NCBI GenBank assembly: GCA_031280685.1
Contig: JAITGM010000026.1
Span: 1,888-65,887 of the forward strand
DNA length: 64,000 nucleotides
Direction of reading: 5' to 3'
DNA from: Christensenellaceae bacterium
Lineage (GTDB): Bacteria; Bacillota; Clostridia; Christensenellales; UBA1750
Shown here: positions 52,281-60,694 of the stretch, piece by piece
How the letters are laid out: every line of letters starts with the position of its first letter
Numbering within the stretch: position 1 is the stretch's first letter
Notes under the pieces: generated by a model
Database searches by the model: none
Seen by the model: the letters and a program-made list of their open reading frames with translations, nothing else
Told to the model about the DNA's origin: nothing
Translations under genes and position numbers: made by a program

Positions 52281-52332
52281 AAGCCAGCCAGAGCAACCCC
52301 AAAAACCACGACTTTTAAGGAGGCAATGAGCC

Positions 52333-54981
52333 ATGCAAAAGGGCGGCGCGTCCGAAATGCCAAAGACCTACGACCCCGCGGCCGTAGAAGAGAGGCTCTA
52401 TCAAAAATGGGAAAACAACGGCTATTTTAAGCCGGCCGAAACCAAGCCGGAAGGCAAAAAGGCCTTTTCTATCGTGATGCCGCCGCCCAACATCACGGGG
52501 CAGCTGCACATGGGCCACGCGATGGACGGCGCCCTGCCCGACATCCTGATTCGCTACCACCGCATGCTCGGGGACGACACGCTTTGGCTGCCCGGCACCG
52601 ACCACGCCTCGATCGCCACCGAGGTCAAGATCGTGGAGCAGCTCGCCAGGGAAGGGATCGACAAGCGCGACCTGGGGCGCGAGAACTTCCTCAAGCGCGC
52701 CTGGCTCTGGCGCGACGAGTACGGCGGAAGGATCGTCGAGCAGCAGCGCAAGCTGGGCCTCTCGTGCGACTGGTCGCGCGAGCGCTTCACCATGGACGAG
52801 GGCTGTTCCAAGGCCGTGCTCGAGGTCTTCGTGCGGCTTTATCAGGACGGACTGATCTATCGTGGCGACCGTATCATTAACTGGTGCCCCGAGTGCCAGA
52901 CCGCCCTTTCCGACGCCGAGGTCGAATACGATGAAGAAGCTTCCTTCCTCTGGCATATCCGCTACCCGGCGGCGGACGGCGGCGAGGGGCTCGTCGTGGC
53001 GACGACGCGGCCCGAAACCATGCTGGGCGATACCGGCGTGGCCGTGAACCCGGATGATGAGCGCTATGCCGCGCTGATTGGCAAGAACCTTCTTTTGCCG
53101 ATCCTAAATCGCGAAATTCCCGTCGTTGCCGATGAGTACGTCGAAAGGGAGTTCGGCACCGGAGCCGTGAAGATGACACCCGCGCACGACCCGAACGATT
53201 TTGAGGTTGCGCAGCGGCACGATTTGCCCGTGCTGCGCGTGATGAACGACAACGGCACGATGAACGCCCTCTGCGGCCCCGAATTCGAGGGCCTGAGCGC
53301 CGCCGAGGCTCGCAAAAAGGTGGTTTCGCGGCTGCAAGAACTGGGCCTGCTCGTCAAGGCCGAGCCTTACGCGCACAACGTGGGCCATTGTTACCGCTGC
53401 CAGCACACGGTGGAGCCCCTGGTTTCGACGCAGTGGTTCGTGAAGATGAAGCCCCTGGCCGAGCCCGCAGTTGAGGCCCTCAAATCAGGCAAGATCCGCT
53501 TCGTGCCCGAGAGGATGACAAAGACCTACTACAACTGGATGGAAAACATCCGCGATTGGTGCATTTCGCGCCAGCTCTGGTGGGGGCACCGCATCCCCGC
53601 CTATTATTGCGCGGCCTGCGGGCACATGGAGGTATCCAAGATCGCGGTCACGAAGTGCGAACGCTGCGGCTCCGCCGAGATCAGGCAGGATGAGGACGCG
53701 CTCGATACCTGGTTTTCCTCCGCGCTCTGGCCGTTTTCGACCCTTGGCTGGCCCGATCAAAGCAGCGACCTTGCGCGCTTCTACCCCAACACCCTGATGA
53801 TCATGGGCTACGACATCCTCTTTTTCTGGGCCGCGCGCATGATCTTTTCTGGGCTGTATAACACCGGGGAGGCGCCTTTCAAAGACCTGCTCTTCCACGG
53901 CCTGGTGCGCGACGGCCAGGGCAGGAAGATGTCAAAATCCCTCGGCAACGGCATCGACCCACTCGAGATCGTCGATCGCTTCGGGGCCGATGCCCTGCGC
54001 TTTTCGCTGGTTAACAGCGTTTCCCCGGGCAACGATATGCGCTTTTCTGAAGAAAAGGCGGAAGCCGCGCGCAACTTTGCCAACAAGGTTTATAACGCCT
54101 GCCGCTTTGCGCTGATGAACCTTGAGGGCGAAATCGACGAAAAGGGCGAAAAGAGCCTGGCCGACCGCTGGATTCTGACTGCCTTCGCACGTTGCGCCAG
54201 GGCCGTGACCGAGCACCTCGACCAGCTCGACATCGCCATGGCCGCGCAGAAGCTCTATGACTATATCTGGTCCGAGCTTTGTGACTGGTACCTCGAGCTT
54301 GCCAAGGCCGCGCTCTATGGCGGGGACGAGCGCGCTGCGGCAGCCGCGCGGGGCACGCTGCGCACCGTGCTCGAGGGCACGCTCAAGCTCCTGCACCCTT
54401 TCATGCCCTTTTTGACCGACTCGATCTACGAATACCTTCCCGGTGCCGCGGAGGATTCGCTCATGATCGCCCCCTGGCCGCAGGGTTCTCAGGAATACCC
54501 CGAGGCGGCCGCCCAGATGGAGCGCATCATGGATGTCATCCGCGCGGTGCGCAACCTGCGCGCCGAAATGAACGTGCCTCCGTCCAGAAAGGCGCAAATC
54601 CACCTGGTCTTGAGCGAGCCCGGGGATGAAAAGGCCTTTCTGGGCGCCGAAAGCTATTTCGCAAGGCTCGCCTCGGCCTCTTTAATCCGGGTTGTGTCTG
54701 CCGCCGAGCTGCCCAAAAACGCGGTTTCCGCCATCTGCCCGGCCGCGCAGGCCTATCTGCCCATCGAGGAACTGGTGGATCTGGAAAAGGAAAAGGCTCG
54801 CCTGCAAAAGGAGATCGGCAACCTGCAGGGCGAGATTGTGAGGGCGGAAGGCAAGCTGCAGAACCAGGGCTTTATCGCCAAGGCGCCGCAGAGCGTGGTC
54901 GAAGGGGAAAGGGCCAAGCTGGCAACCAACCGCGCCATGCTCGAAAAGCTGCAGGACCAGCTCGCGGGGCTAGGGGCTTAG
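52333..54981 (+). CDS. valS: Valine--tRNA ligase
   Basis: PPPNITGQLHMGHA (HIGH), KMSKSLGN (KMSKS), editing domain, and C-terminal coiled coil. RBS is AAGGAGG. Confidence 0.97.
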   Translation: MQKGGASEMPKTYDPAAVEERLYQKWENNGYFKPAETKPEGKKAFSIVMPPPNITGQLHMGHAMDGALPDILIRYHRMLGDDTLWLPGTDHASIATEVKIVEQLAREGIDKRDLGRENFLKRAWLWRDEYGGRIVEQQRKLGLSCDWSRERFTMDEGCSKAVLEVFVRLYQDGLIYRGDRIINWCPECQTALSDAEVEYDEEASFLWHIRYPAADGGEGLVVATTRPETMLGDTGVAVNPDDERYAALIGKNLLLPILNREIPVVADEYVEREFGTGAVKMTPAHDPNDFEVAQRHDLPVLRVMNDNGTMNALCGPEFEGLSAAEARKKVVSRLQELGLLVKAEPYAHNVGHCYRCQHTVEPLVSTQWFVKMKPLAEPAVEALKSGKIRFVPERMTKTYYNWMENIRDWCISRQLWWGHRIPAYYCAACGHMEVSKIAVTKCERCGSAEIRQDEDALDTWFSSALWPFSTLGWPDQSSDLARFYPNTLMIMGYDILFFWAARMIFSGLYNTGEAPFKDLLFHGLVRDGQGRKMSKSLGNGIDPLEIVDRFGADALRFSLVNSVSPGNDMRFSEEKAEAARNFANKVYNACRFALMNLEGEIDEKGEKSLADRWILTAFARCARAVTEHLDQLDIAMAAQKLYDYIWSELCDWYLELAKAALYGGDERAAAAARGTLRTVLEGTLKLLHPFMPFLTDSIYEYLPGAAEDSLMIAPWPQGSQEYPEAAAQMERIMDVIRAVRNLRAEMNVPPSRKAQIHLVLSEPGDEKAFLGAESYFARLASASLIRVVSAAELPKNAVSAICPAAQAYLPIEELVDLEKEKARLQKEIGNLQGEIVRAEGKLQNQGFIAKAPQSVVEGERAKLATNRAMLEKLQDQLAGLGA

Positions 54982-54989
54982 GCGCGGCC

Positions 54990-55180
54990 CTCCGGGCCTT
55001 CGCGGGAAGGAATTGAGATTCCCCCCGCGTGCCCCCCGTGGTGTAGGCCCGGCCTTGTGCACCAGCGGTCGCATTTGCCGTCATTGCGAGGAGCGACGCG
55101 ACAACCCGGCAGGTTGTGTAAATGCGGGCGGCCGACGTAGGCCGGATTGCTTCGCTGCCGCTCGCAATGGCGAACCGAGT
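54990..55180. repeat. Copy of the GC-rich intergenic repeat family (modules D, A, C, B)
   Basis: CCTTCGCGGGAAGG..., GTGTAGGCCCGGCCTTGTGCAC (55041-62), CATTGCGAGGAGCGACGCGACAACCCGGCAGG (~55081-55112) and GGATTGCTTCGCTGCCGCTCGCAATGGCGAAC (55144-75). It starts 9 nt after the valS stop. Confidence 0.8.
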
Positions 55181-55202
55181 CGTCTTGAGCGCGCCGTGCC
55201 CC

Positions 55203-55540
55203 TTGACATTTCCCGCGCTGGCGGCTATACTTTGGCTAATTTCATAGCATCAAACCGTTGAGGCGGAGGTAAAAACGCGATACGCCGGCAAAGAGAGCGG
55301 GGGCGGCTGGGAACCCCGCGCGAAACGGCGCGTTAAATGGGCCGCCGAGGGCGCGGTCAACGGCCAAGCGGCCTAGTATTCCGTGACGCGCAGGGCCGCG
55401 TGAGCGCCCGGGGCATCCACAAGGGGTTTTCCCTTCGCTTCGGTGCCCGCTCAAGGCGGAAGAACTTCCGCGAACTAAGGTGGTACCGCGGGCAAGAACC
55501 CGTCCTTAAAGCAAGGCTTTTCGGGCGGCTTTTTTTGTTG
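55203..55540 (+). promoter_or_regulatory. T-box leader (candidate specifier UGG, Trp) with promoter, controlling iorA-iorB-aryl-acid CoA ligase
   Basis: TTGACA 55203-08, 17 nt, TATACT 55226-31. UGA/GA K-turn, GGCGG/CCGCC helix, AGGUA, AAAGAGAG 55290-97, GGCUGGGAA loop, UGG 55338-40 plus G. Core AACUAAGGUGGUACCGCGG 55473-91. Hairpin plus U7 ending ~55537. Confidence 0.8.
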
Positions 55541-55565
55541 GCAAACCAAAGAGGGAGATGAGCTT

Positions 55566-57392
55566 TTGGCTGAAATCAGGCTTTTGATGGGCAACGAGGC
55601 GATCGCGCTGGGCGCGCTGCGCGCCGGGCTGCGCTTCGCGTCCGGCTACCCGGGCACACCCTCGTCAGAGATTTTGGAAGCCCTCGCCAAAGAGGGGCGC
55701 GAGGGTGTCTACGCGGAATGGTCGGTCAACGAAAAGACGGCGCTTGAAGCCGCCGCCGGGGCCGCCATGGCCGGCGCGCGCGCGCTGGTGACGATGAAGC
55801 AGGTCGGGCTGAACGTGGCTTCGGATCCGCTGATGAGTCTCAACTACGTGGGTGTGAAGGGGGGGATGGTCATCGTCGCGGCTGACGACCCGGGCCCGCT
55901 TTCCTCGCAGACCGAGCAGGATACCCGCCATTTTGGCCAATTCGCTAAATTGCCGGTTTTTGACCCTTCCTCGCCGGAAGAGGCCTACTTAATGATTGCC
56001 GATGCCTTCGAGCTTTCGGAAAAAATCCATAGGCCGGTGCTGTTTCGCCCCACGACCAGGGTCTGCCATGGCTACGCCTCGGTTGAGCTGCTGCCCGATC
56101 TGCCCCAAAAGGCGCCCGAGGGCTTCACGAAGGACGGCGGCGCCTGGGTGATCTTCCCGCGGCTCGCCTACGAAAACCACCTGCTCATCGAGGACGGCTT
56201 GGAGGCGTTGGCCGATGAATGGTCGGCCTACCGCTTTAACGCCCTAAGCGGCGGGGGAAGGGCGAGCAAGAAGGGCATCGCGGCCGGCGGAGTGAGCTTC
56301 GCCCACGCGGCCGAGGCCCTCGAAGGCACGGCGCAATCCGGCGCTGAATGCAGGCTGCTCAAGGTCGCGACCTATCCGATTGCGGAGCGGATGGCGCTGG
56401 ATTTTCTTGCGGGGCTAAAAGAGGTGCTCGTGGCCGAGGAGCTCGACCCCGTAATCGAGCTAGAACTGCTCCGCCTTTGCGGCAAGCACGGGCTGAAGGT
56501 CAAGATCAGGGGCAAGGGCGATCAGACCATGCCGCGCGCGGGCGAAAACAGCGCGGCGGGGGTTAAAAAGGCGATTTTTGCCTTCCTGGGGCTGAAAGAA
56601 GAACCGGCCGAGGTCTTAAACGACGAAGCCCCGGTCCTGCCCGTTCGGCCTCCGGTGCTCTGCGCGGGCTGCCCCCATCGGGGCTCCTTCTTCGCGGTCA
56701 AGGAGGCTTGCAAAGGGAAAAAAGCCGTGTTTTCAGGCGACATTGGCTGCTACACCTTGGGCAACGCGGCCCCGCTGAATATGGTCGATACCTGCCTGTG
56801 CATGGGGGCCGGCCTGGCGCAGGCGCAGGGCTTGGCCAAAATCGAACCCGAAGTCGCACACTTCGCCTTCATCGGCGATTCGACTTTTTTCCACACCGGC
56901 ATGCCCGGGGTGCTCAACGCGGTCTATAACGGCGCCGACGTGATCCTTTGCGTGCTCGATAATTCCACCACCGCGATGACCGGAGGCCAGCCGCACCCAG
57001 GCACGGGGAAAACCCTGATGGGCAAGCCTGCCGCGCAGGCCGATATTTACGGGGTTTTGCAGGCCTTGGGGGTGCGGAGCATCCGGCGGGTGAACCCCTT
57101 TGATCTAAGCGCCGCCAAGGCGGCGGTGAGGGAGGCCCTTCAAGAGAGCGGCGTGCGCGCGCTCTTGTTCGAAGGCCCCTGCATCGCCCTGGCCAAGAAG
57201 AAGCCCGCCCTTTTGGTGCTGGAAGGCTGCGTCGCTTGCGGCCGCTGTGCGCGGGAGCTGGGCTGCCCCGCGATTGCCTGGGAAAAGGGCCAAAAGGCGG
57301 GAATCGACCCGCTGCTTTGCACGGGCTGCGGCCTGTGCGCGGGGCTTTGCCCGGCGGGCGCCATCGCGGAAGGGGGCCAAAACCATGCTTAA
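55566..57392 (+). CDS. iorA: Indolepyruvate:ferredoxin oxidoreductase alpha subunit
   Basis: LLMGNEAIALGALRAG...GYPGTPSSEI. TPP-binding region GDSTFFHTGMPGVLNAVYN. C-terminal 2x[4Fe-4S] ferredoxin Cys motifs (CVACGRC...C; CTGCGLCAGLC). Confidence 0.9.
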   Translation: MAEIRLLMGNEAIALGALRAGLRFASGYPGTPSSEILEALAKEGREGVYAEWSVNEKTALEAAAGAAMAGARALVTMKQVGLNVASDPLMSLNYVGVKGGMVIVAADDPGPLSSQTEQDTRHFGQFAKLPVFDPSSPEEAYLMIADAFELSEKIHRPVLFRPTTRVCHGYASVELLPDLPQKAPEGFTKDGGAWVIFPRLAYENHLLIEDGLEALADEWSAYRFNALSGGGRASKKGIAAGGVSFAHAAEALEGTAQSGAECRLLKVATYPIAERMALDFLAGLKEVLVAEELDPVIELELLRLCGKHGLKVKIRGKGDQTMPRAGENSAAGVKKAIFAFLGLKEEPAEVLNDEAPVLPVRPPVLCAGCPHRGSFFAVKEACKGKKAVFSGDIGCYTLGNAAPLNMVDTCLCMGAGLAQAQGLAKIEPEVAHFAFIGDSTFFHTGMPGVLNAVYNGADVILCVLDNSTTAMTGGQPHPGTGKTLMGKPAAQADIYGVLQALGVRSIRRVNPFDLSAAKAAVREALQESGVRALLFEGPCIALAKKKPALLVLEGCVACGRCARELGCPAIAWEKGQKAGIDPLLCTGCGLCAGLCPAGAIAEGGQNHA

Positions 57393-57981
57393 CCTCTTAA
57401 TTGCCGGCGTGGGCGGGCAGGGAACCGTGCTAGGCGCCAGGCTATTGGGCCTTGCTGCCCTTGAAAAGGGCCTGAAGCTGCGCGGCAGCGAAACCATCGG
57501 CATGGCGCAGCGCGGCGGCAGCGTGGTTAGCCACCTGCGGCTGGGCGAGGGGGCGCATTCGCCGCTGATCCCGCTTGGCCAGGCCGATTTGCTCCTGGCC
57601 TTCGAGCCGGCCGAAGCCCTGCGCGCCTTGCCCTTTTTGCGGGCCGGCGGGCATATGCTGGTCGCCGATAGGGCGGTGCAGCCCGCGGGCATGCCGCATT
57701 ATGACGTTCCCGCCGTGCTCGCCTGCCTGAAGCGCCGCCGGCCGGGCAGCTTCTTCCTGGGCGGCGACGAGGTTCTCGCGCGCGTCGGCGGTCGGGGTCT
57801 CAACGTGGCGATGCTGGGCGCGGCCGCAGCCCTGGGCCTTTTGCCCTTTGGGCTTGCGGAGCTTGAAACCGCGCTGCGCAGGCGCCTGGCGCCGCATACC
57901 ATCGAAAGCAACCTGCGCGCGCTGCATTTGGGTGCGAAGATGGCAAAGGAAGGCGGAAACAAAGATGGAAATGACCAATGA
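57385..57981 (+). CDS. iorB: Indolepyruvate:ferredoxin oxidoreductase beta subunit
   Basis: NLLIAGVGGQGTVLGARLLG...GSETIGMAQRGGSV. The ATG overlaps the iorA stop. Confidence 0.88.
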   Translation: MLNLLIAGVGGQGTVLGARLLGLAALEKGLKLRGSETIGMAQRGGSVVSHLRLGEGAHSPLIPLGQADLLLAFEPAEALRALPFLRAGGHMLVADRAVQPAGMPHYDVPAVLACLKRRRPGSFFLGGDEVLARVGGRGLNVAMLGAAAALGLLPFGLAELETALRRRLAPHTIESNLRALHLGAKMAKEGGNKDGNDQ

Positions 57982-59200
57982 GATCCTCAGCCGGGTGCAA
58001 AGCTCGGTTCGCCGCGCGAAAAACGGCGCCTTTTACCAAAAGCACTTCGCTGCCGTCGAGCCTGGCGACATAAAGAGCGAGGCCGACTTCCTTAGGCTGC
58101 CCTTCACCGGCAAGGAAGACCTGCGCGGCGCCTACCCACTGGGCCTTTGCGCCGTTCCGCAGGAAGAAATCGTGCGCGTTCACTCCTCCTCGGGCACGAC
58201 GGGCACGCCGGTGATCATTCCCTACACGCAAAAGGATGTGGACGACTGGGCCGGGATGTTCAAGCGCTGCTACGAAATGGCGGGCATCACCAAGGCCGAC
58301 CGAATCCAGATTACGCCAGGCTACGGCCTGTGGACGGCGGGCATCGGCTTCCAGCTCGGCGCCGAGCGCCTGGGCGCCATGGCCGTGCCCATGGGCCCGG
58401 GGAATACCGACAAGCAGATCCAGATGATGATCGACCTCAAATCCACGGTCCTCACCGCGACCTCTTCCTATGCCCTCCTTTTGGCTGAAGAGATCACAAA
58501 AAGGGGCCTGCACGATCGAATTCACCTCAAAAAGGGCGTGATCGGCTCGGAGCGCTGGGGCGAAAAGATGCGAAGGCGCATCGCCGGCGAGCTGGGCGTG
58601 GAGCTTTTTGACATCTATGGCCTGACCGAGATCTACGGCCCCGGCATCGGCATCAACTGCCCCCTGCAGGAGGGCATGCACCTGTGGAGCGATTACTTTT
58701 TTTACGAAATCATCAATCCGCAGACGGGCGAGCGCGTGCCCGAGGGCGAGATCGGCGAGCTGGTCATCACCACTTTCGAAAAGGAGGGCGCACCGCTGAT
58801 CCGATACCGCACCCACGACCTCACAAGGGCCATTCCGGGGCCCTGCCCCTGCGGTTCGCCCTATCCGCGCATCGCGCCGCTCATCGGCAGATCCGACGAT
58901 ATGGTCAAGGTTCGGGGCACGATCATCTACCCGAGCCGGGTCGATGAGCTGCTCTCGTCCATCGAGGGCGTGAGCAGCGAATACCAAATCATGATCGACC
59001 ACCTCAACGGCCGCGACATCCTCACGCTCTTCTTTGAAAGCGAGCTGACCGGCGGCGCCAAGCAAGCGGGCCTGGAAGCCGAGGTCGAAGCGCAGTTTAA
59101 GGCGCGAATCGGCATGACGCCGAGCGCGAAGGCGGTCAAAGTCGGCGAGCTGCCCCGGAGCGAAAAAAAGACCACCCGCATTTTCGATAATCGCTACTAG
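57965..59200 (+). CDS. Phenylacetate-CoA ligase (PaaK)-family aryl-acid CoA ligase
   Basis: LPFTGKEDLRGAYP, VHSSSGTTGTPVIIPYT, GYGLWTAGIGFQLGAERLGA, and a C-terminal ACT-like end. It overlaps the iorB 3' end. Confidence 0.85.
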   Translation: MEMTNEILSRVQSSVRRAKNGAFYQKHFAAVEPGDIKSEADFLRLPFTGKEDLRGAYPLGLCAVPQEEIVRVHSSSGTTGTPVIIPYTQKDVDDWAGMFKRCYEMAGITKADRIQITPGYGLWTAGIGFQLGAERLGAMAVPMGPGNTDKQIQMMIDLKSTVLTATSSYALLLAEEITKRGLHDRIHLKKGVIGSERWGEKMRRRIAGELGVELFDIYGLTEIYGPGIGINCPLQEGMHLWSDYFFYEIINPQTGERVPEGEIGELVITTFEKEGAPLIRYRTHDLTRAIPGPCPCGSPYPRIAPLIGRSDDMVKVRGTIIYPSRVDELLSSIEGVSSEYQIMIDHLNGRDILTLFFESELTGGAKQAGLEAEVEAQFKARIGMTPSAKAVKVGELPRSEKKTTRIFDNRY

Positions 59201-59204
59201 GCGG

Positions 59205-59350
59205 CGCGCCCCTCCGGGGCTTCGCGGGAGGGTACTGCGGCACCCTTCGCGTGCCCCCTGGGGGAGTAGGCGGGCCTTGCGCGCGGGCCGCCCCTTTTCA
59301 AGGGGGAAGCAGGCTGGATTGCTTCACCGCCGTTGGCAATGACGAACTGG
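59205..59350. repeat. Copy of the GC-rich intergenic repeat family (modules D, A, B)
   Basis: GGCTTCGCGGGAGGGTACTGCGG, GGGAGTAGGCGGGCCTTGCGCGC (59262-84) and GGATTGCTTCACCGCCGTTGGCAATGACGAAC (59316-47). It starts 5 nt after the ligase stop. Confidence 0.8.
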
Positions 59351-59438
59351 GCCGCCTTGTTGCGTTGGAGGGCCGCGCGCTTTCTCAAGGCTTGAAAAAC
59401 CCCCGCGAAGGCGCTATTCTGGGTGAGGAGATGATGGC

Positions 59439-59990
59439 ATGGATCAGCACCGCGCGGGCGAAGAAAGGAAGCTCGGCGCTCAGAGCCTGTATGAAGGCAG
59501 AATTTTGAAGCTCGAAAAGTGGCAGGTCGAGCTGCCCGGTGGGAAGATCGCCTCGCGCGAGGTCGTCTTGCACGGCGGCGCGGCGGCCATCGTCCCGGTG
59601 GACGAGCAGAGCCGCGTGGCGTTGGTGAGGCAGTATCGCTCGCCGCTTTCGCGCTTCGCGCTCGAGATTCCGGCGGGCAAGCTCGACTTCGCCGGCGAGG
59701 ATCCGCTCGATTGCGCCAAGCGCGAGTTGCGTGAGGAAACCGGTCTGATCGCTGAAGATTGGCGATTTTTGAGCGTGTTCGCGCCCGCGCCGGGCTACTC
59801 GAGCGAGCGAATCCATCTCTTTTTGGCGCGCGGACTGCACTCCGGGCCTGACGACATGGATGAGGATGAGTTCATCGAGCTGAAGTGGCTGCCGCTGACC
59901 GAACTCCTTGACCGGATGAGGCGCGGCGAAATCGAGGACGGCAAGACCCTGGCCGGGGTGCTGCTGGCGGCGCGAATTTTGGGGGCATAA
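59439..59990 (+). CDS. NUDIX hydrolase (ADP-ribose pyrophosphatase-like)
   Basis: Nudix box GKLDFAGEDPLDCAKRELREETG. Overall NudF-like layout. Confidence 0.85.
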   Translation: MDQHRAGEERKLGAQSLYEGRILKLEKWQVELPGGKIASREVVLHGGAAAIVPVDEQSRVALVRQYRSPLSRFALEIPAGKLDFAGEDPLDCAKRELREETGLIAEDWRFLSVFAPAPGYSSERIHLFLARGLHSGPDDMDEDEFIELKWLPLTELLDRMRRGEIEDGKTLAGVLLAARILGA

Positions 59991-60027
59991 AGGGCGTAAA
60001 AGCACGAAAAAGCACATCAATGGGGGA

Positions 60028-60585
60028 ATGAGCGGCATGAAACCGCGCACGGGCGGGAGCTTGGGGGAGGAACTATTCATCGCCCACTATTGCCACCCTC
60101 GGCGCACCCCGTTCAGTAGCATCACGAGGCTTCCGGAAGAGGAGGCCTTCGCGGCGGCGCGGAAGCTCGCGGAAGAAAACGATGGGACGGCCTTCGGTAG
60201 GTTCGCGGACTTTGGGAATTACTATCCGCTACGAATCAGGACGGGAAAAGTGGCTTTATGATTGGTTTGTGCGGCTTGGCGGCGAGCTTGGGAACGAGCA
60301 CCCGCTCTATTGCGTGCTGAGCGGGAGCGACTACTTAGATGGCTGGTTCGGCAGGAGGAAGGCCAGAAAAATCCCGCTTAGCGACATTGATGCAGGGCGT
60401 ATCAGCTTTACCTTCGGCGACAGCGTGGCGTGGATGAGCAAATCTGGGCGGCGCGACCCGTTTGCGCTGGAAACCCTGCCGCGCAGATCGGCGCTCGGCC
60501 GAGCCTTGGCGCCTTTTTGGCGGAAATGCAGCGCGATTGGAACTATGTAGAGGTTCGGCTCTGGGAGGATCGTTACGTTCTTTGA
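60028..60585 (+). pseudogene. Hypothetical gene interrupted by two compensating frameshifts
   Basis: Frame 1 (...FADFGNYYPLRIRT) switches to frame 2 near 60243 (EKWLYDWFVRLGGE...DPFALETLP). It returns to frame 1 near 60487 (IGARPSLGAFLAEMQRDWNYVEVRLWEDRYVL, stop 60583-85). Confidence 0.55.
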
Positions 60586-60694
60586 GCCTGATCGCTCTTT
60601 GGCGCTGGGCTATTTTGGCCGTGGGGCATAAGGGGCACAAACGCGGCTGGAACCAGGAAAAGCGAGGGAAAAGCATAAAAGGGGGGTCGGCGGG

